Assembly: GCA_947488275.1 (NCBI GenBank)
Contig: CANKZX010000002.1
Span: 337 to 64,336 of the forward strand
Source: Alphaproteobacteria bacterium
Lineage (GTDB): Bacteria > Pseudomonadota > Alphaproteobacteria > Paracaedibacterales > CAIOTO01
DNA: 64,000 nucleotides
Direction of reading: 5' to 3'
Positions 28,385 through 37,845 of this stretch are shown here, in pieces; within the stretch, counting starts at the first letter, position 1, and every line of letters begins with the position of its first letter. The position numbers and the translations under genes were made by a program. The notes beneath the pieces were generated by a model. It had not been told where the DNA came from. It searched no databases and saw only the letters and a program-made list of their open reading frames with translations.

Positions 28385-29572
28385 TTAGGGCATTACAGTA
28401 CACATCTCCACCGCAATGGCTGTCGCCTCGCCCCCACCAATGCAAGTCGTCGCAATCCCGCGTTTAAGACCACGCGTTTTAAGGGCATGAATAAGTGTTA
28501 CCACAATACGAGCACCGCTAGTACCAATAGGATGCCCCAAGGCGCAAGCGCCACCATTCACGTTAATGCGATTTCGGTCAATTTTTAACTCGTGCGCGGC
28601 TGCCATAGGCACAACCGCAAAGGCTTCGTTAATTTCAAATAAATCAACATCGCTAATACACCAATCCAATTGGGCAAGTAATTTTTGAATGGCACCAATG
28701 GGGGCAGTCGTGAACCATTCAGGGGCACAAGAATGCGTTGCAAAGCCTGCAATACGCGCAAGTGGTACCTGGCCTTTTAGATCGCCTCCAATAAGCAAGG
28801 CAGCAGCTCCATCGGCAATACCACTGGATGTGGCCGCCGTTACGGTGCCATCTTTGCTAAAGGCAAGACGAAGGGCTGCAAATTTCTCAGGTTTTACGCG
28901 ACTAGGGGGCTCGTCCGTTGTGATGGTTGTTGTATTGCCTTTGACATCTATATGGGACAGAGGTGTGCGTTCATTGATAAAAGCACCATCATTTTCAGCA
29001 CGTTGATAATTATCAAATGTTTCGCGTGCGAATGTTTCTTGGGCGTCACGTGTAAAATGGTAATGCACCGCCGTTGCATCGGCAAAAATCCCCATCGCAC
29101 GTCGCGTGCCACCCGCATCAATATCATAAGCATCTTCTAGTCCATCAAACAACATATGATCGATCACGATACCATGCCCCATACGATAACCCGAACGCCC
29201 CTTTGGTAGTAAATAAGGTGCATGTGTCATACTCTCAAAGCCACCCGCAATAACCGCGCGTCGTTGCCCTGTTTGAATGGCATTACAGGCAAACATAATG
29301 GCCTGCATGCCTGAACCACATACTTTATTGATTGTTGTCGCGGGAATGTGATCATGTTTAAACGCATGACGAGTTGCTTGACGTGCGGGTGCTTGTCCTT
29401 GTCCAGCACTCAAAACACACCCCATAATGACGTCGTCAACAATGGTGTCCATGCCATTTACACTTACAGCTTTAATGGCTTCAGCACCCAGCTGAAACCC
29501 TTGAAATGGAGAAAGTTGCCCTTGGAACGCACCTATCGGTGTACGTTTGGCTTGGTAGATATAAACGGTCAT
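28385..29572 (-). CDS. acetyl-CoA C-acetyltransferase (thiolase II)
   Basis: INKVCGSGMQA (active Cys), NEAFAVV, NVNGGACALGHPIGTSGARI, CIGGGEA. Confidence 0.93.
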   Translation of the reverse strand: MTVYIYQAKRTPIGAFQGQLSPFQGFQLGAEAIKAVSVNGMDTIVDDVIMGCVLSAGQGQAPARQATRHAFKHDHIPATTINKVCGSGMQAIMFACNAIQTGQRRAVIAGGFESMTHAPYLLPKGRSGYRMGHGIVIDHMLFDGLEDAYDIDAGGTRRAMGIFADATAVHYHFTRDAQETFARETFDNYQRAENDGAFINERTPLSHIDVKGNTTTITTDEPPSRVKPEKFAALRLAFSKDGTVTAATSSGIADGAAALLIGGDLKGQVPLARIAGFATHSCAPEWFTTAPIGAIQKLLAQLDWCISDVDLFEINEAFAVVPMAAAHELKIDRNRINVNGGACALGHPIGTSGARIVVTLIHALKTRGLKRGIATTCIGGGEATAIAVEMCTVMP

Positions 29573-29745
29573 GTATATTCACGCGGTGTTTGAAAGCTTT
29601 GTGTATAGTTTGATGGATTTTTGCAAATAGCGCGATAAAAAAATGCAATCGCATGTTAAATGATAAATATTTAATTAAAATGATTGAGTTTCGCATCAAT
29701 AAGTGGAATCATCATAATATGAATGTTTAATTTGATTTATGTTAT

Positions 29746-30315
29746 ATGTCACGCTTTTCAATCGTTCAGATTCCTGGAAAATCTAATTTACATATCCCCG
29801 TAATTGATAAAACCCCACCCAAGGATGATGGTGCGAATACGGGCGTTACGTCACCAGAGTGGATGGTGCAAATGGATACGTTCTTAACCAGCAGTGTTGA
29901 AGGATATGAAAGTTACTGTGAACTTTTTGGTTGGTATGGTGAATCAAGTCGCTATACGTCAGGTAGTTTAGCAAGTTCGCTTTATACATCTGCGACCCTT
30001 CGGCATACAGATCTTGTGATTATCATCCCAAATGGAGGATATAGCACAATGATTGAAGGATTGATGAATACAGGTAATTTCATTAAAAAGCTAGTTATTG
30101 TCCGCCTGGGAAATGTAAAAACAGCAAAGGTTATATTGCAAAAGTTGACATATACAAACTGTCGTATTCAAAAATTTAATCAACAGCTTGATCAATTGGT
30201 TGTCGAATTATCAATTATGACCAAAAACAACACAGTTTATGTTTATGGGCAAGATGGGCAAAGCCAGGGGCAAATGGTCACTCAAGCTGATTATTCGAAA
30301 AATACAGCGAGTTAG
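29746..30315 (+). CDS. hypothetical protein with weak Hcp/tail-tube-like pattern
   Basis: 189 aa. The pattern of the C-terminal 100 aa can be aligned by eye to T6SS Hcp (see findings). Not a confident family call. Confidence 0.45.
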   Translation: MSRFSIVQIPGKSNLHIPVIDKTPPKDDGANTGVTSPEWMVQMDTFLTSSVEGYESYCELFGWYGESSRYTSGSLASSLYTSATLRHTDLVIIIPNGGYSTMIEGLMNTGNFIKKLVIVRLGNVKTAKVILQKLTYTNCRIQKFNQQLDQLVVELSIMTKNNTVYVYGQDGQSQGQMVTQADYSKNTAS

Positions 30316-30371
30316 ATGAAATTGTAAAGGGATTAATGTACAAAGCATTTTTTGGAAAAATTAAAATAATT

Positions 30372-31019
30372 TTAGGTTCTTTGAACCAATAGCAACCCAT
30401 CGCCTAAAGGCACAATAGATGTCATTAAATCACTACGATTCAAGACACTGTCATTAAAAACACGTAATACGTGTGCATTTACATTGCTTGTATCAGGATC
30501 CACAACATCCCCACGCCACAAGACGTTATCAATTACGATCAAACCGCCTGGCGCTAAAAGCCCCAAACAATAGGTTAGATAATCAGCATACCCGCGCTTA
30601 TCCGCATCAATAAAAATGAAATTGAATCCATCTGGAACATGTGCTGAAAGCGTTGGTAGAACATCCGATGCATCACCTAAGATCAGACGTATGCGGTGAT
30701 CAACACCTGCCATTTGCCAATAGCGGATTGCCATTCTCGTCCATTCGGCATTCCGATCAACAGCGGTAATCAGACACGCATCATCCGTATGCAGGGCAAA
30801 TGAAAGTGCGCTAAACCCTGTATATGTACCAACTTCTAAGATCCGTTTTGGTTTTATAAGCCGTAATAGAAAACAAAGAAAGTGCATCGCCTCAGGGCGA
30901 ATTTGCATATGACCCTCGGGCATACGTGCATTTTGATTTTGCAGAGTAATTTGCGTGTCATTAAGACGGACACATTTTTCTAAATAACGAACAAGAGCAG
31001 GGGTAAGCAGCATACTCAC
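30372..31019 (-). CDS. class I SAM-dependent O-methyltransferase (family 3, CCoAOMT-like)
   Basis: ILEVGTYTGFSAL SAM-binding motif, FIFIDADKRGY, PGGLIVIDNVLWRG. Confidence 0.85.
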   Translation of the reverse strand: MSMLLTPALVRYLEKCVRLNDTQITLQNQNARMPEGHMQIRPEAMHFLCFLLRLIKPKRILEVGTYTGFSALSFALHTDDACLITAVDRNAEWTRMAIRYWQMAGVDHRIRLILGDASDVLPTLSAHVPDGFNFIFIDADKRGYADYLTYCLGLLAPGGLIVIDNVLWRGDVVDPDTSNVNAHVLRVFNDSVLNRSDLMTSIVPLGDGLLLVQRT

Positions 31020-31036
31020 ATTATTCCTGAATGACT

Positions 31037-31558
31037 CTAATTGCTAGAGCACGTTGTATCGGACATATCGCTTACATCTGGTTGATCGTTATCAGACGTC
31101 GCGTATTCTTTTTGTTTCTGTGCATCAACCGATAACACATCAATCATCATTTTATGAATACGTTCAGCGGAATCAAAACTTTGATCAAGCGAAAAATGCA
31201 AATCTGGAATATGGCGCAATTGTATTTTTGTGCCTAAATATTTACGCAAATACCACCGTTGCAGGCGAATGAATGTCAACGCCCTTTCTTGATCCACACC
31301 ACCTAGTGGAACAATATAGACCGTTGCATGCTTTAAATCAGGTGACGCATCGACTTTCGTGATGGTAATGGGATGCGAAAACGTAAGGAATCCAGAACCA
31401 CTTGGATGACGTGCAGGCGGCAAATCACCGCGAATCAGTGCATCTGCTAAATGATGGCGGATTTCTTCTGACACCTTTTTTTGACGGTGACTCGATGCCT
31501 TTGCTGGTGTAAATAAATCTAAGCGTGACATGGGTGATGCTTTCTCATGTATAGCCAT
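31037..31558 (-). CDS. rbfA: ribosome-binding factor A with an acidic C-terminal extension
   Basis: RQKKVSEEIRHHLADALIRGDL, ITITKVDASPDLKHATVYI, HIPDLHFSLD. Sits downstream of infB. Start uncertain (M1 or M10). Confidence 0.85.
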   Translation of the reverse strand: MAIHEKASPMSRLDLFTPAKASSHRQKKVSEEIRHHLADALIRGDLPPARHPSGSGFLTFSHPITITKVDASPDLKHATVYIVPLGGVDQERALTFIRLQRWYLRKYLGTKIQLRHIPDLHFSLDQSFDSAERIHKMMIDVLSVDAQKQKEYATSDNDQPDVSDMSDTTCSSN

Positions 31559-31617
31559 TCAACGATAACCTGGCTTTATGACCAACTTATTTTTGAATAG
31601 CTATGACCTTTATAACC

Positions 31618-34611
31618 TTATAATTGACGTGCAATCGATTCAATTTCAAAACATTCAACAACATCGCCTTCACGAATATCACTGTAATTTTCAAAAACCA
31701 TACCGCATTCAAAGGATTCTTTAACTTCTTTGACTTCATCTTTAAAGCGTTTGAGTGATTTAAGCTCACCCTCATGAATAACAATATCATCACGTAACAA
31801 GCGAACTTTAGCGCCACGTTTGACAGTGCCATCCGTGATATAACAACCAGCAACCTTGCCACCAACTTTTGAAATTGTAAATACATTACGAATTTCAGCC
31901 GTGCCTTGATATTTCTCACGCAAAGTTGGCGCTAATAAGCCGCTCATTAAACCTTTAATATCATCAATAACATCATAGATAATTGAGTAATAGCGGATTT
32001 CAACACCATCACGACGCGCAAGCTCACGCGCTTGTGGGTTTGCACGTACGTTAAAGCCAACAATAATACCGCCTGACGCTTTTGCCAATGTAATGTCGCT
32101 TTCATTGATACCACCAACGGCACCATGTAACACACGGGTTGAAACTTCTTCTGTACCCAGCTTGGCAACACTGGCCATAATTGCTTCAAGTGATCCTTGA
32201 ACGTCGGCTTTAATAACAATTGGTAATTCACGAACTTCACCACTTGCGATACGGCTCATGATATTTTCCATACCACCTTTTGTCTTTACAATGACTTGTT
32301 TTTCACGATGACGACGCTGACGATATTCTGTAATTTCACGGGCTTTTTGTTCACTCTCTACGACAAAGAATTCATCACCAGCCGCTGGCACACCATTAAA
32401 GCCTAAAACTTCAACAGGCATTGATGGTAAAGCTATATCAATTTTATGACCATGATCATTAACAAGCGCCTTTACACGTCCCCATTCTTGACCTGCTACA
32501 AAGATATTCCCCATTTGGAGTGTTCCACGTTGAACCAAAATCGTCGCGACTGTACCGCGTCCTTTATCGATTTCAGCTTCAATAACAACACCTTGTGCAA
32601 TACGGTTTGGGTTTGCTTTAAGTTCAAGAACTTCAGCTTGTAGTAAGATAGCCTCTTCAAGCTTTTCAAGATTCATACGTTTTTTAGCAGACACTTCGAT
32701 CGCCATAACGTCACCGCCAAATTCTTCCAACAAAATACCATGCTGCAAGAGCTCTTGACGAACACGCGTTGAATTGGCGTCTGGCTTATCCATTTTGTTA
32801 ATGGCGACAACCATTGGCACATTTGCGGCCTTCGCATGATTAATGGCTTCAATGGTTTGTTCCATAATGCCATCATCCGCAGCCACAACCAAAACAACAA
32901 TGTCAGTTGCATTTGCACCACGTGCACGCATTTCACTAAAAGCTGCGTGACCTGGCGTATCGATAAACGTAATTTTTTTACCCGATTGCATGGTGACTTG
33001 ATACGCACCAATATGCTGGGTAATACCACCCGCTTCACCCGCAACAACATCTGTTTCACGCAATGCATCTAATAGAGACGTTTTACCATGGTCAACGTGA
33101 CCCATTACAGTCACAACAGGTGCACGGGCAATTAAATCTGTTGCCGTATCTTCAATACCGCCTAAACCAATTTCAATGTCTGAATCGGCGACACGTTTAG
33201 GTGTATGACCAAATTCACCACACACTAGTTCCGCCGTATCCGCATCGATTACCTGGTTAATGGTAACCATCATGCCCATCTTCATTAATGTTTTAACAAC
33301 ATCAGCGCCACGAACAGCCATACGGTTTGCAAGCTCACCGACGGTAATACTTTCAGGAATAATAACTTCACGAATGATTTTTTGCGCATCGCCATCATCA
33401 TTCATCATCTGTTTATGATGTTTTTGACGCGCACGTTTGACGGAGGCGAGTGATCGACCACGTTTTTCTGAGTCACCATCCATTACACGCGTCAACACAT
33501 TACGATTAAGCTTTCGTGGGGCATCAGTTGTTTGAGTCGTGCGCGCCTTAACAATCGCTTTTTTAGGGTCAATTTTACCAAGCGCTACTTTACCAGCTGA
33601 TGCATCATCTTCTTCATCAACTTTTCGACGTGTTTTTGCAACCAATGCACGATGTTCGCCTCTGTTCTTTTCAAGAACTGGATCGATAATAATGGGCTCT
33701 TGAATGGTGGGTTTTGCACCAGGTCTTGGTTGAGGGGCATATCCAGCCGCGCGTAAAACAATCGGTTTGATATCATCCTTTGAAAAAGGCTTCTTTTTCG
33801 AATCAGCACCTGTACGAGGTTGATAAGGCGGACGATCCCCACGAGGATCTGAACGCTGCCCATCGCGTTGACCATCACGCTGATTATCGTATCGTTGACC
33901 TGGGCGTTGCTGTCCTTCAGGACGTTGACTGTCTGGGCGCGCGCTATCTGAACGATAGTCGGGCCTGCGATCACGATTGTCACGCGGCACATAAGCACCA
34001 TCGCGACGCGGCGCATTATCTGAACGAACCGAATCACTATTTCGACCCGCATCATTTGGCGTATATGAACGCTTATCACGATCATAAGAGGAATAAGTTT
34101 GGGGCTTTGAATCATTTGATGTTGATCGTGCATCCACTGAATCAATAGCCGTTTCACGATTTAAATCATCTGAAGAAGATGTTACTGATGCAGCCTCTGT
34201 GTCAACAACAGATGGAGAAGAATCTTCAACAACAGGGGTACTAGCTGCACGCTCCGCCGCCAATGCCTCATCAATTTTACGTTTTGCTTCTTCAGCATTT
34301 TGCCGAATAATTGACTCTTTCAAAGCACGCATACGTGCATCAAATTCATTGCCAGACAATCCACGTGCCGCAGCTGCAGCCGCCATAGGATCATCTTTTT
34401 GACGATCAGCCCCCGTTGTACGCTTGCGGCGAACCTCAACCTCAACGGTCTTAGAGCGACCATGCGCAAATCGCTGACGCACCTGATCACGTTCAACGAC
34501 GGTCCGTGTTTCAGATTTACGTGTTAGCGTAAGGGTTTTTTTACCCTCATCACTTACCATTTTTTCTTCGTTTTTATCGTTTGTTCCAGTCATCCGGTCA
34601 CAATTACTCAA
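31618..34611 (-). CDS. infB: translation initiation factor IF-2
   Basis: GTPase block [30 protein letters not shown], and conserved C-terminal domains. Low-complexity R/D/Q-rich N-terminal region. Confidence 0.97.
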   Translation of the reverse strand: MSNCDRMTGTNDKNEEKMVSDEGKKTLTLTRKSETRTVVERDQVRQRFAHGRSKTVEVEVRRKRTTGADRQKDDPMAAAAAARGLSGNEFDARMRALKESIIRQNAEEAKRKIDEALAAERAASTPVVEDSSPSVVDTEAASVTSSSDDLNRETAIDSVDARSTSNDSKPQTYSSYDRDKRSYTPNDAGRNSDSVRSDNAPRRDGAYVPRDNRDRRPDYRSDSARPDSQRPEGQQRPGQRYDNQRDGQRDGQRSDPRGDRPPYQPRTGADSKKKPFSKDDIKPIVLRAAGYAPQPRPGAKPTIQEPIIIDPVLEKNRGEHRALVAKTRRKVDEEDDASAGKVALGKIDPKKAIVKARTTQTTDAPRKLNRNVLTRVMDGDSEKRGRSLASVKRARQKHHKQMMNDDGDAQKIIREVIIPESITVGELANRMAVRGADVVKTLMKMGMMVTINQVIDADTAELVCGEFGHTPKRVADSDIEIGLGGIEDTATDLIARAPVVTVMGHVDHGKTSLLDALRETDVVAGEAGGITQHIGAYQVTMQSGKKITFIDTPGHAAFSEMRARGANATDIVVLVVAADDGIMEQTIEAINHAKAANVPMVVAINKMDKPDANSTRVRQELLQHGILLEEFGGDVMAIEVSAKKRMNLEKLEEAILLQAEVLELKANPNRIAQGVVIEAEIDKGRGTVATILVQRGTLQMGNIFVAGQEWGRVKALVNDHGHKIDIALPSMPVEVLGFNGVPAAGDEFFVVESEQKAREITEYRQRRHREKQVIVKTKGGMENIMSRIASGEVRELPIVIKADVQGSLEAIMASVAKLGTEEVSTRVLHGAVGGINESDITLAKASGGIIVGFNVRANPQARELARRDGVEIRYYSIIYDVIDDIKGLMSGLLAPTLREKYQGTAEIRNVFTISKVGGKVAGCYITDGTVKRGAKVRLLRDDIVIHEGELKSLKRFKDEVKEVKESFECGMVFENYSDIREGDVVECFEIESIARQL

Positions 34612-34647
34612 GCTTAATGTTTATTTATCGTGTAAAACTACACCCTT

Positions 34648-36180
34648 TTACGATTCGTCAAACCAGCCTGCGCGTGCCTTCATAATCGCCTCATTAGCTG
34701 CCTCAAGAGACATGAAATCATTACCAATAATTTCAAGAACCTCGTCACCTGCTAAATCAGCAAAATCATCAAGGGTACGTATACCTGATTCACAGAGCTT
34801 AAATAATACAGCCGCTTCAAGATCTGCAAATGACACAAGTTCATCCGAAGCTCCCATAGCGCGACATTGATCGCGAAGCTCTAAGTCGCGTTTTGCCAAA
34901 TAATCAAGAGACCTACGCTGGAGCTCAAAACCAATCTCCTCGTCAAGTCCTTCGATATTACTGAATTCTACAGCATCACTGTAGGCTATATCTTCAACAC
35001 TTGCAAAACCTTCTGTTGCAAGAAGTTGCGCCAATATTTCATCAACATCAAGTGCCATCATAAACAAACGTGCCCGATTTGCAAAGTCTTCAGCGCGCCT
35101 ATCGGCATCTTCACTTTCGGTTACAATGTCAATGCTCCACCCCGTTAACTGAGATGCCAAACGTACATTTTGACCACGACGACCAATAGCCAAGCTTAGT
35201 TGCGTTTCAGCAACAACAACTTGAACTTTTGATGAATCCTCATCCAGAACAACACGAACAACTTCAGCAGGCGCTAACGCGTTTACAACATAAGTAGCTG
35301 GATTGTCTGACCACGGTATAATATCAACTTTTTCGCCCTGGAATTCATTAACGATTGATTGAACACGTGATCCACGCATCCCCACACAAGACCCAACGGC
35401 ATCAAGTGACGAATCATGGGACAAAACAGCCATCTTTGCACGGCTTCCTGGGTCACGCGACACACCCTTAATTTCAATAATGCCATCATAAATTTCAGGC
35501 ACTTCTTGTTCAAACAAACGTGCCATAAAATGTGGATGTGTCCGTGATGTCGCAATCATCGGACCACGGGCATCGGGTCGAATCTCTGTGATTAAAACAC
35601 GAACACGATCGCCAACACGGAAACTCTCACGCGGGATCATTTCTTCACGACGCAGCATACCTTCACCACGACCTAAATCTAAAATAACATTCCCAAATTC
35701 AACACGCTTAACGAGACCGCTTACAATTTCACCAACACGATCTTTATATTCTTCATAGACATGCGAACGTTCAGCATCCCGCACTTTTTGAAAAATCACT
35801 TGACGTGCACTTTGTGCAGCCACACGACCAAATTCAATTGGCGGCAATGACTCAGCAATTTCATCACCTAACTCATAGGTTGCATCCTGCGCCATAGCAT
35901 CTACCAATGAAATCTGCTGTTCTGGATCTTCAACCTCCTCAACAACGGTCATATAACGTGCAATACTGACCTCACCTGACGTGCGATCAATCTCTACGCG
36001 TATATCATTTTCTAGACCATACTTTGCTTTCGCAGCTTTTTGTATAGCTTGCTCCATCGCAAATAGGACTTCATCACGTTCAATACTCTTCTCACGTGCG
36101 ACAATATCAGCAACTTGCAACAACTCATGTCGTGGTTGTGCAGCAAACGCTTCAGTTGGTTTTATTTTTCTGCTAGCCAA
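34648..36180 (-). CDS. nusA: transcription termination/antitermination factor NusA
   Basis: S1 and KH domains (RDPGSRAKMAV..., AIGRRGQNVRLASQLTGW). rimP-nusA-infB gene order. Confidence 0.97.
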   Translation of the reverse strand: MASRKIKPTEAFAAQPRHELLQVADIVAREKSIERDEVLFAMEQAIQKAAKAKYGLENDIRVEIDRTSGEVSIARYMTVVEEVEDPEQQISLVDAMAQDATYELGDEIAESLPPIEFGRVAAQSARQVIFQKVRDAERSHVYEEYKDRVGEIVSGLVKRVEFGNVILDLGRGEGMLRREEMIPRESFRVGDRVRVLITEIRPDARGPMIATSRTHPHFMARLFEQEVPEIYDGIIEIKGVSRDPGSRAKMAVLSHDSSLDAVGSCVGMRGSRVQSIVNEFQGEKVDIIPWSDNPATYVVNALAPAEVVRVVLDEDSSKVQVVVAETQLSLAIGRRGQNVRLASQLTGWSIDIVTESEDADRRAEDFANRARLFMMALDVDEILAQLLATEGFASVEDIAYSDAVEFSNIEGLDEEIGFELQRRSLDYLAKRDLELRDQCRAMGASDELVSFADLEAAVLFKLCESGIRTLDDFADLAGDEVLEIIGNDFMSLEAANEAIMKARAGWFDES

Positions 36181-36208
36181 AGCGAAACCTCTTTAACTCA
36201 ATCAATTT

Positions 36209-36682
36209 CTAATAAGATACCGCCAAACGAGCCACCCGTATATCACCATAATCAAGCTCTATATCAGTGGTTTTGTCATCGTTCGGTTGCTCTAGTATTA
36301 CTCTTATACCTGTTTCTGTTGCAAAATCCAATGTTCCTTGAAATTTCTTGCGATTTTTTATTGCAAAATTTGTTTGCAAAGTCACAGGCTGTCCTACAAA
36401 CCGAATAAAATCTGCAGGTTTTACTAATGGACGGTCAAGACCAGGCGATGAAACTTCAAGTGTATAAGCACCTGCTATCACATCTTCAACATCCAGTAAA
36501 GGTGATACTAAACGACTCACAGTTTCACAATCATTAATACCGACAGACACATCATCTAATCGTTCAATCATGATCTGCAAGGTTTTTCGTAAATTACCTG
36601 AAACCTGCACGCGCACAACACCATATCCCTCATTCCTTAGAATGCCTTCAATGCATGTTTCCACACGTTGACTTAGATCCAT
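36209..36682 (-). CDS. rimP: ribosome maturation factor RimP
   Basis: LEVSSPGLDRPL motif. Located upstream of nusA. Confidence 0.9.
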   Translation of the reverse strand: MDLSQRVETCIEGILRNEGYGVVRVQVSGNLRKTLQIMIERLDDVSVGINDCETVSRLVSPLLDVEDVIAGAYTLEVSSPGLDRPLVKPADFIRFVGQPVTLQTNFAIKNRKKFQGTLDFATETGIRVILEQPNDDKTTDIELDYGDIRVARLAVSY

Positions 36683-36840
36683 CTCTATTTTTCCTACTCA
36701 ATCTTTTAATCACACACAACGTACCACACATATGCAATTATGTGGTAAATATTTCTATTCTTTTTTTTATAATCATCACTGCGTCGTCGTATTTAACAAT
36801 AATTACTGCCACCTAAAAAGCTTTTAACAAAAATATTTCT

Positions 36841-37365
36841 TTATTTTTTACGAAAAGCATCAAGCGTCACAACATTTGACTCACCTTCTGCAAGAGGTTT
36901 TATCTCTTTTTTTGGCAAATCATCCATACCATCAAAAATAGGTTCTAAATCCAAGTCTGTGTAATCATTTAAGTCTGGCGTAAAATCAAAACCAAAATTA
37001 ACCGATGGATCACCAAATTTAGTAATGGCCTCAAATGGGATTGTCAATCGTTCTTCTGCATTATCAAATGTCAATGTAATGGAAAATTTTCTATCATCAA
37101 CCACGAGATCCCAATACTCATACTGCAAAACGATTGTCATATCATCAGGATAATCTTCACGCAAATAGGCAGGCATTTCAACACCTGGATAATGTGTGAT
37201 AAAATCAATGTAAAAGTGATGTTCACCAGGCAAACCATTTTTAGCAATATCACGCAACACGTCACGCATTACCTTACGAAGAGCGGATTGCACGAGACCT
37301 TCATAGTCAATGGTATCTTTATGCTTCACGGAAAAACTCCCTTTTATAGTAAATAGTGGGGACAT
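36841..37365 (-). CDS. sspB: ClpXP adaptor SspB (alpha-type)
   Basis: GLPGEHHFYIDF...YPDDMTIVLQYEYWDL...IPFEAITKFGDPSVNFGFDF matches Caulobacter-type SspB as I recall it. C-terminal tail VVTLDAFRKK. ATG 37365 preferred, because the TTG at 37386 would overlap the tmRNA gene. Confidence 0.85.
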   Translation of the reverse strand: MSPLFTIKGSFSVKHKDTIDYEGLVQSALRKVMRDVLRDIAKNGLPGEHHFYIDFITHYPGVEMPAYLREDYPDDMTIVLQYEYWDLVVDDRKFSITLTFDNAEERLTIPFEAITKFGDPSVNFGFDFTPDLNDYTDLDLEPIFDGMDDLPKKEIKPLAEGESNVVTLDAFRKK

Positions 37366-37387
37366 TCTGTTGCCCGGCGCCCCCAAA

Positions 37388-37690
37388 CCGCTATTGGAAA
37401 ACTACTGTATTATTCGTAAAACGAATTTTTAAGCAGCTTTACGAACGTCGCTACGACGACGGTTGCCATTGGCAGCGCGACGACGGTTGCGGTTCGCGGA
37501 TACAAGTGATCCACCAATTAAAAGAGAACTTACGTTGCCTTTTATAATGTTTAGTCCAATAACGGTGGTACCATACCGAGCAAAACGAATATCTTTATTG
37601 TGCACGTCGATCCTATTTCGTCCCCATAAAATGGTGGAGACGCCGGGTACCGCCCCCGGGTCCGCAACATCTATTCCATAGACGGTTTAT
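37388..37690 (-). ncRNA. ssrA: tmRNA (ssrA), circularly permuted two-piece form
   Basis: On the minus strand: acceptor piece ...CCGGG-GGCGGTA-CCCGG-CGTCTCC-A-CCA (CCA at 37634-37632); 6-nt linker TTTTAT; coding piece GGGGACGAAATAGGATCGACG... (starts at 37625). Acceptor stem GGGGACG/CGTCTCC includes G3-U70. Tag ORF GCG AAC ... GCT GCT TAA (37497-37429). Outer boundaries approximate. Confidence 0.85.
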
Positions 37691-37845
37691 TGCCATAGAT
37701 AGTCACCTATCATTATACAAAATAGTCTTTTTTCAAAAAAATTCAAGGGGCAATATACAACTATTATTTAATTTTTATGGACATATAGATACGATTGCGT
37801 TATAAAATTGTGAAATCGTATAATTTGAAATTTAGAGACCAAAAA

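Noticed and set aside
28346-29140. Plus-strand ORFs antisense to the thiolase gene
   Set aside because: They overlap a highly conserved thiolase frame and have no independent support.
33585-34157. 190-aa and 122-aa ORFs in alternative frames within infB, and the R/D/Q-rich low-complexity stretch itself
   Set aside because: They are alternative-frame artefacts of the biased N-terminal region of IF-2. Variable low-complexity N-termini are normal for IF-2 and are not a separate feature.
37640-37662. Adjacent GGTACC (KpnI) and CCCGGG (SmaI) sites that look like a polylinker or vector remnant
   Set aside because: The sequence forms the T-stem (CCGGG/CCCGG) of the tmRNA tRNA-like domain in the correct register with the acceptor stem and CCA. 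There is no other vector-like sequence around it.
37356-37681. ORFs 37356..37547 and 37463..37681 (+)
   Set aside because: They are antisense to the tmRNA gene. The region is fully explained by the permuted ssrA structure.
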